DNA from: an uncultured virus (IMG/VR IMGVR_UViG_3300042870_000870)
Lineage: Duplodnaviria; Heunggongvirae; Uroviricota; Caudoviricetes
DNA: 60,745 nucleotides
Virus record (IMG/VR): IMGVR_UViG_3300042870_000870
Direction: 5' to 3' (one strand)
Made by a program: the position numbers and the translations under genes
Shown here: one piece after another, positions 20,115 to 28,435 of the stretch
Numbering within the stretch: position 1 is the stretch's first letter
Layout: the number at the start of each line of letters is the position of its first letter
Notes under the pieces: generated by a model
Seen by the model: the letters and a program-made list of their open reading frames with translations, nothing else
What the model was told of the DNA's origin: nothing
The model's database searches: none

Positions 20115-20149
20115 AAAACCTCGGGACTTAAAAAATCTCGAGGTTTTTT
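20115..20149 (+). terminator. Intrinsic terminator (attenuator) directly upstream of the tRNA operon
   Basis: AAAACCTCGGGA/TCTCGAGGTTTT stem plus T-run, 12 nt before tRNA-Pro. Confidence 0.8.
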
Positions 20150-20161
20150 GTTTTATACAAA

Positions 20162-20238
20162 TAGGGTAATGGACTAATGGCTAAGTCACTTGCTTTGGGA
20201 GCAAGGCATCATGGAGGTTCGAGTCCTCTTTACCCTAC
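20162..20238 (+). tRNA. tRNA-Pro(TGG)
   Basis: TAGGGTA/TACCCTA acceptor stem; CTTGC-TTTGGGA-GCAAG anticodon arm; GGTTCGAGTCC T arm. Confidence 0.9.
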
Positions 20239-20242
20239 AAAC

Positions 20243-20314
20243 GCTGATTTAGCTCAGAGGCAGAGCACGAAGCTGTTAACTTCGGGGTCCGGATATCGTA
20301 ATTCTGAATCAGCG
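20243..20314 (+). tRNA. tRNA-Asn(GTT) with atypical T-loop
   Basis: GCTGATT/AATCAGC; CGAAG-CTGTTAA-CTTCG; the T-loop region reads ATATCGTAA. Confidence 0.8.
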
Positions 20315-20319
20315 CAAAC

Positions 20320-20391
20320 ATCCGTGTAGTTCAATCGGTAGAACGTCGGTCTCCAAAACCGAAAATGAAGGTTCGAGTCCTTACATGGGTG
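20320..20391 (+). tRNA. tRNA-Trp(CCA)
   Basis: TCGGT-CTCCAAA-ACCGA anticodon arm; GGTTCGAGTCC. Confidence 0.9.
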
Positions 20392-20398
20392 CAATAAT

Positions 20399-20478
20399 AC
20401 CCGAGTGGTGGAATGGTATACACAGCGGTCTTAGAAACCGTGTCGAAAGGCGTGTCGGTTCGAGTCCGACCTTGGGTA
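20399..20478 (+). tRNA. tRNA-Leu(TAG)
   Basis: GCGGT-CTTAGAA-ACCGT; long variable arm. Confidence 0.9.
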
Positions 20479-20483
20479 CATAT

Positions 20484-20554
20484 TGTCCTTTGGTATAACG
20501 GTAGTACAAATGTTTTTGGAGCATCTAGTTGAGGTTCGAATCCTTGAGGGACAA
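20484..20554 (+). tRNA. tRNA-Gln(TTG)
   Basis: TGTCCTT/AGGGACA acceptor stem; TTTTGGA loop; GGTTCGAATCC. Confidence 0.85.
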
Positions 20555-20556
20555 CT

Positions 20557-20629
20557 GTGTTTATAGTGTTAATGGTTAGCACGTCAGTTTGTGGTACTGA
20601 TAGTATGGGTTCAAATCCCATTAAACACC
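20557..20629 (+). tRNA. tRNA-His(GTG)
   Basis: GTGTTTA/TAAACAC; TCAGT-TTGTGGT-ACTGA; C discriminator. Confidence 0.88.
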
Positions 20630-20691
20630 CTTTGGTTATTAGTGTTCCAAATCAAACAAAAAAATGGACTTTTGGAACATTAATAATATAT

Positions 20692-20766
20692 TGCGGGATG
20701 TGTAGAAAATGGTTATCTCGTCGGTCTCATAAGCCGAAGTTCTGGGTTCAAGTCCCAGTCCCGCAA
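20692..20766 (+). tRNA. tRNA-Met(CAT), initiator-like
   Basis: TGCGGGA/TCCCGCA; TCGGT-CTCATAA-GCCGA. Confidence 0.85.
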
Positions 20767-20902
20767 CTACAGAAGCAAAGTATTTTAAGTAAAATTTTGC
20801 AAAGTAAAAAAAAAGTTTTACATTCGTACCATAATTAAATGGGGTGAGATGTATTACCTATAGTTCCCATAAATGGGGTCATAAATTATTAATTAATTAA
20901 GT

Positions 20903-21385
20903 ATGAAAAAAAGATTATTATTTATCGTGTTGTTTATCATAGTAACAACATCAACAATTAAAACAGAAGGAAAAACAATTAAATTAAACAATAACCAAAT
21001 ACCAAAAATAAGTTATGTAAATTTATATAATACTATTTTATCGATGGGTATTCTATATCCAGATATTGTATTTGCCCAAGCGGTGTTAGAATCTGGAAGT
21101 TTTAAATCAAATTTAGCAATATTAAATAATAATATTTTTGGTATGAGACACCCAAAAATCCGTGAAACAACCGCAATAGGTGAAGGAAAGAGTGGATATG
21201 CAAAATACAAAACGTGGGTACAAAGTGTTGAGGATTACCAACATTGGCAGGATTTTTTTCTAAAAGATAAGGAAATTTCAAGACAAGAATATCTTAATCT
21301 ATTAGGAAGAATATACGCAACTGATAAAAATTATATATTAAGATTAAATCGTAAAATTAAAGAATATAAACACATATTAGGTTAA
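20903..21385 (+). CDS. Glucosaminidase-domain (GH73-like) peptidoglycan hydrolase with signal peptide
   Basis: AQAVLESG, NNIFGM and YATDKNY motifs. Confidence 0.8.
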   Translation: MKKRLLFIVLFIIVTTSTIKTEGKTIKLNNNQIPKISYVNLYNTILSMGILYPDIVFAQAVLESGSFKSNLAILNNNIFGMRHPKIRETTAIGEGKSGYAKYKTWVQSVEDYQHWQDFFLKDKEISRQEYLNLLGRIYATDKNYILRLNRKIKEYKHILG

Positions 21386-21536
21386 AAATAAATTTGACAA
21401 TTATTTTTTAATTTAAAGTATTGTTCATATATTTGTTAAACAATGGTTGATTGGGATTTAACGGGGCTAGCGAATAGCGAGAAACGCCAATTATAAAAAC
21501 AGATGTCCACACCCCCATCTTCTGTTTTCCATAGTA

Positions 21537-21609
21537 GCCCGAATAGCTCAGTTGGTAGAGCAGCTGATTTGTAATCAGCAGGTCGTCAGTTCGAGTCTGA
21601 CTTTGGGCT
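21537..21609 (+). tRNA. tRNA-Thr(TGT)
   Basis: Canonical cloverleaf; GCTGA-TTTGTAA-TCAGC. Confidence 0.93.
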
Positions 21610-21800
21610 CAACAGGTGACGACGGTGGTGGAACCCCACTGTCTATAAATCTCAACACCCGCCTTGATTCGCGGTATTATAGCGGTGAGAGTAGAGTTAT
21701 TACAAGTCGGGAGTAATTAACCCAATGACGAAAGTGTAACCACAGATATAGAAATATATTTGTTATGATGTACGAAAGGGTACGAAAAACCTGTTATTTT

Positions 21801-21873
21801 GGGATTGAGGTCAAACGGTTAAGATGTCGCCCTGTCACGGCGCACGGAGCGGGTTCAACTCCCGTCAGTCCCG
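21801..21873 (+). tRNA. tRNA-Asp(GTC)
   Basis: GGGATTG/CAGTCCC; CGCC-CTGTCAC-GGCG. Confidence 0.88.
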
Positions 21874-22080
21874 CAATGAGTAAGAAGTACTCAGTAAGTT
21901 TGGTAACGTTCTTTCAAGATGTTATGGTTGTCTCCTACCACGGCCTTAAGAGGGGGTCTCGGAATATGGGGGTAACAATCCCACCGAGTATGTTTGACTT
22001 TTTAAGCGGTAAGACGCGTTGGGTTTTTCAATAGGAAAAACTGTGAATATCTACTCACTGGGACTTCAGGTGGGACAATT

Positions 22081-22166
22081 GGAAGGATGGCAGAGTTGGT
22101 CTATCGCGTCGGTCTTGAAAACCGAAGTACTGAAAGGTACCGTGGGTTCGAATCCTACTCCTTCCG
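22081..22166 (+). tRNA. tRNA-Ser(TGA)
   Basis: GGAAGGA/TCCTTCC; TCGGT-CTTGAAA-ACCGA; long variable arm. Confidence 0.92.
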
Positions 22167-22171
22167 CATTT

Positions 22172-22243
22172 GCTCGGTTCGACTAGTGGTTAGGTCGCGT
22201 CCCTTTCACGGACGTAGCACGGGTTCGAATCCCGTACCGAGTA
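22172..22243 (+). tRNA. tRNA-Glu(TTC)
   Basis: CGTCC-CTTTCAC-GGACG; GGTTCGAATCC. Confidence 0.92.
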
Positions 22244-22260
22244 CTGAATATAATAAAAAC

Positions 22261-22902
22261 ATGGAGACAAAGATTATCAACGGAGATTTTAGAGATTGTG
22301 TGGTACCTGATGGTTTAGTGATAACTGACCCTCCATACAACCAAGAATATTCTTATAACGAATATAAGGATAAACTTACTGAAGAAGAATATATTGAACT
22401 ACTATCTAAGATACCAACTCCATGTGTAATCATTCATTATCCTGAAGAAACAATTAATTTGTTACCAAAAGCAATTAACGCAAAATGTGAACAAGTGGTT
22501 TGTTGGGTTTATAATTCTAACACGGGAAAACAAAGTCGATTAATTTCTTGGTGGGGATGTAAACCTGATTTTAAAAAGGTTAGGCAAGAATATAAAAATC
22601 TAAAAGACAAAAGAATTCAGAAAAGAATTGCTGAGGGTAAAACCGGAGCTAAACTTTATGATTGGTGGGAAATCAATCAAGTAAAAAATGTTAGCAAGGA
22701 AAAAACCGAACACCCTTGTCAAATACCCGAAGAATTAATTAGACGAATTATTCTTACAACGGCACAATCAAATCAAACAATCATTGATGTTTTCGGTGGT
22801 AGTGGTACAACATCAAAAGTCGCTAAAGAATTAGGATTTAATTCGATTAGTTACGAAATTGATGAGAAGTATTGTGAAATTATTAAGAATAGAATTACAT
22901 AA
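22261..22902 (+). CDS. DNA amino-methyltransferase (N6-A/N4-C, beta class)
   Basis: TDPPY before HPCQIP and DVFGGSGTT. True start is METKII at 22261. Confidence 0.88.
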   Translation: METKIINGDFRDCVVPDGLVITDPPYNQEYSYNEYKDKLTEEEYIELLSKIPTPCVIIHYPEETINLLPKAINAKCEQVVCWVYNSNTGKQSRLISWWGCKPDFKKVRQEYKNLKDKRIQKRIAEGKTGAKLYDWWEINQVKNVSKEKTEHPCQIPEELIRRIILTTAQSNQTIIDVFGGSGTTSKVAKELGFNSISYEIDEKYCEIIKNRIT

Positions 22903-22984
22903 AAACTTTTACTTTTTTATATTAAGATATTGATTTACAATATTTTATTTTGTATATTTGTTATATTACAAATATTTATAATAT

Positions 22985-23287
22985 ATGATAGATAAAATCA
23001 CATTATCGTTAATGTTATTTTTTAACACATTAACGTCATCTATCGACCCAAGTCTTTCTGATGAAAGAAAGTCTGTCAATCAAATAAAAAAACAGATTAA
23101 ATCTCTTGAAAGAAAAATTGAATGGGTTGAAGTAACAGATGAGAATTACGCTAGCAGGGCCGTCAAAACCAAAGGAATCACGGACGAGATTACCAAATTA
23201 AATGGTGAAATTGTAAAGATTGAGAAGGTTGCAAATTTAAAAGATAAATGGGCTAAGGAAGATTCCTTAACCAAATCGAAAAAATGA
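22985..23287 (+). CDS. Hypothetical coiled-coil protein with hydrophobic N-terminus
   Basis: ORF preceded by TATTTATA (22973-22980). Confidence 0.65.
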   Translation: MIDKITLSLMLFFNTLTSSIDPSLSDERKSVNQIKKQIKSLERKIEWVEVTDENYASRAVKTKGITDEITKLNGEIVKIEKVANLKDKWAKEDSLTKSKK

Positions 23288-23733
23288 AAAAAATTTTTTT
23301 AGTGCTAACGTTACTTTTGGGAGTGGAAGTCGTAGCAAATGGACAAGAGTGGTTTATAACTGCCACTCGAAAAGGCGGTCCATCAGATGGTTATATAACT
23401 GGTGGTTTTATGAAAAAAGGTTGGGGGTTTTATGCTGGTCTTCCTTATGGTGAAATAGGGGGTCCGAATGGTGGAATTTCAATTCCTCCTGGTGTTAATA
23501 CCAAAACGGGAAACGTATCTGATAACATGAAGTTCGGTGTTCTTAGACAATTAAAAGAAGATAAAGCAATTGTTGGATTTGGATTACAACCAACACTTGG
23601 TGGTAATAAACCAAATTTTCTTATAATGTACAATCCACTTAGGCCAAGTACCGTTATAAATTTATGGACAATTGGTAATTTAGTCGGTAGTGATTTCACA
23701 TTAGGACTTGGTTTATCGTATAAAGTAAAATAA
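23284..23733 (+). CDS. Secreted beta-rich hypothetical protein
   Basis: Signal peptide; terminator at 23751-23792. Confidence 0.65.
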   Translation: MKKIFLVLTLLLGVEVVANGQEWFITATRKGGPSDGYITGGFMKKGWGFYAGLPYGEIGGPNGGISIPPGVNTKTGNVSDNMKFGVLRQLKEDKAIVGFGLQPTLGGNKPNFLIMYNPLRPSTVINLWTIGNLVGSDFTLGLGLSYKVK

Positions 23734-23852
23734 ACATTTTTAGTTAAGTTAAAACCCTGAACAAACTAAAAAAAATTGTTCAGGGTTTTTTTATACCATT
23801 TTTTTTTATTATATTTGAATTATAGTTCTTTGATTTATTGGAAAAACAAAAT

Positions 23853-23937
23853 GCCTGAGTGATGAAATGGTATACATGACAGACTTAAAATCTGTTGAGC
23901 AGAAACGCTCGTGCGGGTTCAAGTCCCGCCTCAGGTA
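23853..23937 (+). tRNA. tRNA-Leu(TAA)
   Basis: ACAGA-CTTAAAA-TCTGT; long variable arm. Confidence 0.92.
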
Positions 23938-24089
23938 CAAATGTAATGATTCAGAAATGAGTGACGGAACGGACGCTACGTATGAAATGGAAACTTTTGA
24001 AGCACGTACAAAGGTGCTGATTTGAAACAAACCGTACAGACATTACATTTAAACACTATCGTTCTTTGAAAATAAAGGAGAAAATTAAT

Positions 24090-24338
24090 ATGGATATATT
24101 ATCATTTATTTTAGGAATGTCAATAGTTGTGGTTATCGCAGTTGCGGTAGTTGCGGTTATTGCCTTTGTTAAGGTTAATAAAACTAACAAAGAAATTGAA
24201 ACGATTCATACCATTATGGGTAATGAATCCGAAAGGTCGCATAGAGAGCGTGAAGAAGCAATTCAAAATGTTTATAGAACATTAGATTCACGACTTGATA
24301 AACTTGAGAGTAAAATTACAACAAGCCGTAAGGCATAA
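24090..24338 (+). CDS. Small membrane-anchored coiled-coil protein inside the tRNA operon
   Basis: MDILSFILGMSIVVVIAV TM segment; flanked by 19-20 nt inverted repeats. Confidence 0.7.
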   Translation: MDILSFILGMSIVVVIAVAVVAVIAFVKVNKTNKEIETIHTIMGNESERSHREREEAIQNVYRTLDSRLDKLESKITTSRKA

Positions 24339-24378
24339 CGATTAAATAAAAACTTTCAAAGACGATAGTGTTATTTTT

Positions 24379-24452
24379 GGTTCCGTAGCTCAGTTGGATA
24401 GAGCAACATCCTTCTAAGATGTGGGTCTTTGGTTCGAATCCAAACGGGATCA
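24379..24452 (+). tRNA. tRNA-Arg(TCT)
   Basis: ACATC-CTTCTAA-GATGT. Confidence 0.92.
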
Positions 24453-24505
24453 CGTAATCATTGAAAAAAACGATATCAGATTTTATCGTTAGATTAAACG
24501 ATAAT

Positions 24506-24579
24506 GGACTTGTAGCTCACTAGGTTAGAGCGGCACACTCATAATGTGAAGGTAATAGGTTCGATTCCTATCTGGTCCA
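24506..24579 (+). tRNA. tRNA with CAT anticodon (Ile2/lysidine-type, or elongator Met)
   Basis: CACA-CTCATAA-TGTG; D-arm TAGCTCA..GGTTAGAGC resembles tRNA-Ile2. Confidence 0.8.
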
Positions 24580-24706
24580 CTATTTAAAGTATGGGATTCC
24601 GATGGAAGTCCGCAAGAAAAATAGATGTTTTTCATCCATCAAAAAATCATCATAGAGGCCGCTAAATCGAGTTAGTGAAAATCTACATTCTCTGTGATGA
24701 TCATAT

Positions 24707-24857
24707 TGTAGTGTGACGAAATTGGCAAACGTGCCCTCCTGTCTCGGGGGCGTGGATAAAGAAATAGATTGATAATATTAGGGGGTAGACCACCAGCTTG
24801 CAAGCGTCATGTTATCAATCGAATCTCCACTTGGTGGTTCGAATCCATCCACTACAG
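24707..24857 (+). ncRNA. tRNA-like RNA (GTC loop) with an ~80 nt hairpin in the variable-arm position
   Basis: TGTAGTG/CACTACA acceptor stem, Leu-like D arm, CCCTC-CTGTCTC-GGGGG arm and GGTTCGAATCC T arm. Confidence 0.7.
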
Positions 24858-24913
24858 CTTTTTATAAATAAATTTTGTTTTGTCAATTTTATTTCTTATA
24901 TTTTATTATAAAC

Positions 24914-25147
24914 ATGGAAAATATGAAATGTATTAAATTAATTAAAGCAAGTAAAGGTCACGAAATTGGTCAAATTTTAAGAGTAAACGATGATGAGGCA
25001 GATTTAAGAGTAAAAGGTGGTTATTGGTCATTTGCACCAAAGACCGAATATAAACTTTATAAGAATCCTGACTACAAAACAAAGAAGACATCTGAGAAAG
25101 TATCTTCTAAAAAAACCTTGAAAAAAAATAAAGTAGAAAATAATTAA
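24914..25147 (+). CDS. Small basic hypothetical protein
   Basis: ORF MENMKCIKLIK... with a Lys-rich tail. Confidence 0.6.
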   Translation: MENMKCIKLIKASKGHEIGQILRVNDDEADLRVKGGYWSFAPKTEYKLYKNPDYKTKKTSEKVSSKKTLKKNKVENN

Positions 25148-25244
25148 AAAATATTTTGTTTTTTCAAAAAGTATTCGTATATTTGTAAAAGAAATCAGAT
25201 AGATGGTTTCTAAAAACAAGAAATAGTTCTTTGAATTAAAAATA

Positions 25245-26040
25245 TTGGCCGCCTATGGTCAACAAAATAAACCACGAAAGTGGGATAAAGTGATTTGGTT
25301 TGGTTAAATCAAGTTGCGGTTTCAGCAATGGAACTTGAGTAGGCAAACAGAATATCGTTGAACCTTAATTACCGAGGGTAACACTGTAGGGAAAGTGGTT
25401 TAATGACTAAGCAATCCGAGTTGTTTGGTTGAGGTGGGAACACCAATAAGAATAATCTGTAGAGTTATTACAAGAAGTAGGACGTCCAATCTTACAATTG
25501 TGTGACTCAATATGATGGGAATCTTAAAACCGAAAGGTATGGTGAAGTACGAGTGGTGTCGTTATCATCCTTAATTGAACTCTACCAAGGGTTTAGTTTT
25601 GAAGGGGTCCAAAAATATGGTAGCAGGGATGTTACAGAGAGTAGTTTAGTATCGAGTTGTTCAAAAGATAACTTGGCTGGCAGACGAGCCACTACTTTCC
25701 AAATTCGGAACCAATAACAATTGTTAATTACGGTTTAACAACTCAAACAACAAGGAAAAGTGCTCGTCAGTCGTTGGAGACAGGTGACTACACAGTCGAG
25801 AGAGGTTCTCGGCCACAAAGGGTCCAAACCCAATGTGATTTTTAAGAAAGTTCTCTAAGTTCGCAAGACTTAGTCGGGGTGGCAACCTCGAAGAGTAATG
25901 AGTATTAAAAGAGTATCTAACGACTTAAGGATTGGTTAATCTAATTGACCGTCGCTGATTGGTACTACTCAAAAGGTAGTGGATAAGAGAAGAAAAGATA
26001 ATGTCTCTAAAGTCAATCGTTAAATGGTGTAATCTCAGCC
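25245..26040 (+). ncRNA. Large structured ncRNA, probably GOLLD-class
   Basis: About 800 nt without a credible ORF and richer in GC than its flanks. Many GNRA-capped hairpins (CCAC-GAAA-GTGG, ACC-GAAA-GGT, AAGTTC-GCAA-GACTT). Own promoter and boxA upstream, T-run downstream, next to a tRNA array. Confidence 0.65.
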
Positions 26041-26176
26041 TTTTCTTTTTTTAATTTTGTGTAAAATTAAATGGTGGAATCTAACGATATTAAAAACCGT
26101 TCGGCCCTAAAAAATTAGTCATAAGAAATTATGGCTTTTTTTGTGCTTTTAATAAAATTTTACTTATATTTGTTTT

Positions 26177-26929
26177 ATGAGAATAGTTTGTATATCAGAC
26201 ACACATAGTCTTCAGGATTTAATGTCTCACCCAATCCCCAAGGGTGATATATTGATACATTCAGGGGATATTTCAAATAAAGGAGGTGAAAAGGATGTCA
26301 CCAATTTTGTACATTGGTTTCAAAACATTGAGGGTTTTGATTCTAAGGTATTCATTGCCGGTAATCACGATTTTTGTTTTGAAAAAGTTAATCAACCTCA
26401 TCACAAAGGTGATTATGATTGGTTACATAATTTAATGTCGCCTGAGAATCTATCACAATCTAATGTTGAGTATTTGGAGGATAATTCATTTGTAATAGAG
26501 TCACCTGAATTTTCAAAACTAATTAAAATTTACGGAAGTCCTTGGCAACCAAATTTTTACGATTGGGCATTTAATTTACCGAGAATGGGTGATGAACTTA
26601 AATCTAAATGGGATATGATTCCTGATGATGTTAATATTTTAATCACTCACGGACCCCCAAATGAGATTAGAGATTTTGTAAGTAACTGGAGACAAGGTGA
26701 TATGAATGTTGGTTGTGAATTGTTAAGACACCAATTAGATAACAGAATTAAACCAGTACTACACGTATTTGGACATATCCACGGAGCATATGGTGCGGCA
26801 CTAATTAAGGATACTCTTTATGTAAACGCATCAACTTGTACTGAAAGATACGAACCAACAAATAAACCAATCATTGTTGACTTAACTGAAGTTGATGGTA
26901 AATTAATTGCAACATATGTCGAAGAATAA
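26177..26929 (+). CDS. Calcineurin-like metallophosphoesterase
   Basis: SDTH, HSGD, AGNHD, THGPP and FGHIH motifs. Confidence 0.9.
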   Translation: MRIVCISDTHSLQDLMSHPIPKGDILIHSGDISNKGGEKDVTNFVHWFQNIEGFDSKVFIAGNHDFCFEKVNQPHHKGDYDWLHNLMSPENLSQSNVEYLEDNSFVIESPEFSKLIKIYGSPWQPNFYDWAFNLPRMGDELKSKWDMIPDDVNILITHGPPNEIRDFVSNWRQGDMNVGCELLRHQLDNRIKPVLHVFGHIHGAYGAALIKDTLYVNASTCTERYEPTNKPIIVDLTEVDGKLIATYVEE

Positions 26930-27599
26930 CCAACCAATTAGTGTTGTAATATCAACACGAAAAATTGATGATACGTATTTAAAACACGTAGAAAAAATGT
27001 TTTCACACCCTAAGACTCAAATATTAATTTATGAGAATGATGGTGTCGATTCTTTACCCAAAATTTACAATTTAGGATTACAAGAATCCGAACATGACAT
27101 TGTTGTGTTTATGCATGATGATCTTATTTTGGAAACAACAAACATTACACCGAAAGTTGTTAGATTATTTAATGAGAATCCTGAATATGGTATAATTGGA
27201 TTGGCTGGTACCGATAATCTAATAAGTGGGATGTGGTGGCAAGACAAAGAGTCGATGTATGGAGTTGTTGGTCACGAACACCAAGGTAAACGACATGTAA
27301 ATCACTATTCAAAGAAATCATTTGGCGATAAACCAAAGGAGGTTGCTATTGTTGATGGTTTATTCATGATGATACATAAAAAAAGAATTAAACACACATT
27401 CAACGAAGAGTTTAGTGGGTTTCATTTTTACGATTTACCGATATGTGTGGAAAACCACTTAGATGGTGTTAAAGTTGGTGTGACAACCAAAATTATGGTA
27501 ACACATAAATCGATTGGTATGGTAAATAAACAATGGGAAAAAAATAAGTTGTTTTTTGAGGCATTATATGAAAAACACTTCCCTTTAAGGGTTAACTGA
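26916..27599 (+). CDS. GT-A (GT2-like) glycosyltransferase
   Basis: YNLGL, VFMHDD, VDGLFM and FHFYD motifs. Confidence 0.75.
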   Translation: MSKNNQPISVVISTRKIDDTYLKHVEKMFSHPKTQILIYENDGVDSLPKIYNLGLQESEHDIVVFMHDDLILETTNITPKVVRLFNENPEYGIIGLAGTDNLISGMWWQDKESMYGVVGHEHQGKRHVNHYSKKSFGDKPKEVAIVDGLFMMIHKKRIKHTFNEEFSGFHFYDLPICVENHLDGVKVGVTTKIMVTHKSIGMVNKQWEKNKLFFEALYEKHFPLRVN

Positions 27600-27641
27600 T
27601 TTTAGTACAATAACGGATATTTATATATAAAACAAACAATT

Positions 27642-27944
27642 ATGATGACAGTATTTTTAATTTTAATAGTTCTAGTAATAGCTGGAGCTGTAACATTTTT
27701 CCTAATGAAAAAAGGTAAAATCGAAGACAAAAACGGTAATAACATTCCTGATGTGGTTGAAGAAAAAATTGAGGATGTTAAAGAATTGGTTAATGTAGTT
27801 AAAGAAAGAGCAACAAGAGTCGTTGAAGAAACTAAAGATGTTGTTGAAGCGGCTAAAAAAGTTGTTAAACAATCTAAAGACGTAGTAGATGCAGCTAAGG
27901 GCAATGGTGCTCGTAAAGGAAGAAAACCATCTACTAAAAAGTAA
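27642..27944 (+). CDS. Membrane-anchored helical-repeat protein
   Basis: N-terminal TM segment, DKNGNNIPD and KDVV repeats; TATTTATA at 27618. Confidence 0.7.
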   Translation: MMTVFLILIVLVIAGAVTFFLMKKGKIEDKNGNNIPDVVEEKIEDVKELVNVVKERATRVVEETKDVVEAAKKVVKQSKDVVDAAKGNGARKGRKPSTKK

Positions 27945-28029
27945 ATTATTATACACATAGAAATTTAATGGGTTAAAATTTGTTTTTTAACCCTTTTTTA
28001 TCTATCTTTGTAAAAGTTCTTTAAAATAT

Positions 28030-28435
28030 GGGGATGCTTGGAATTGATTTCAGGTATCAGGGGTAAATGGCACGTAGTCAGACTTCATCTATGACTTAAA
28101 TCTATGGTGGAAAATTTTAGACGGCAACGTTTATAAAAACATGGAAATTGCAGGTTTACTTGCAACTTCTAACGTAGAAGTAGCCTAAGGCAAAACTACA
28201 ATCGGGTCGATGTACATATAACCTAGGAACAGAAGTACTCAAGGTGTAATACCACCCAAAGATGTATTAGGAGTCTCGTTCAGGGGTCTACTCCAACACA
28301 AGTGAACCCGACACAGTTATTGGTAACGATGTCAAAATAGGAACCAATTATTTGTCTGTTGTGAACTAACAGAATAAACGTGTAGTCATTTATTGTTGAA
28401 CCGGGAAGACCGGAGTTCGAGTCTCCGCATCTCCA
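28030..28435 (+). ncRNA. ssrA: tmRNA
   Basis: GGGGATG/CATCTCC acceptor with G3:U pair, GGAATTGA D-loop and GAGTTCGAGTCTC T arm. Tag ORF at 28123-28188; smpB adjacent. Confidence 0.92.

Noticed and set aside
20331..22034. ORFs 20331..20621, 20557..20838 and 21765..22034
   Set aside because: They run across tRNA genes and have no protein-like features.
22087..22260. N-terminal extension of the methyltransferase ORF
   Set aside because: It overlaps tRNA-Ser and tRNA-Glu; the real start is 22261.
25502..25717. 71 aa ORF inside the large ncRNA
   Set aside because: GTG start without the A-rich initiation context; better explained as part of a structured RNA.
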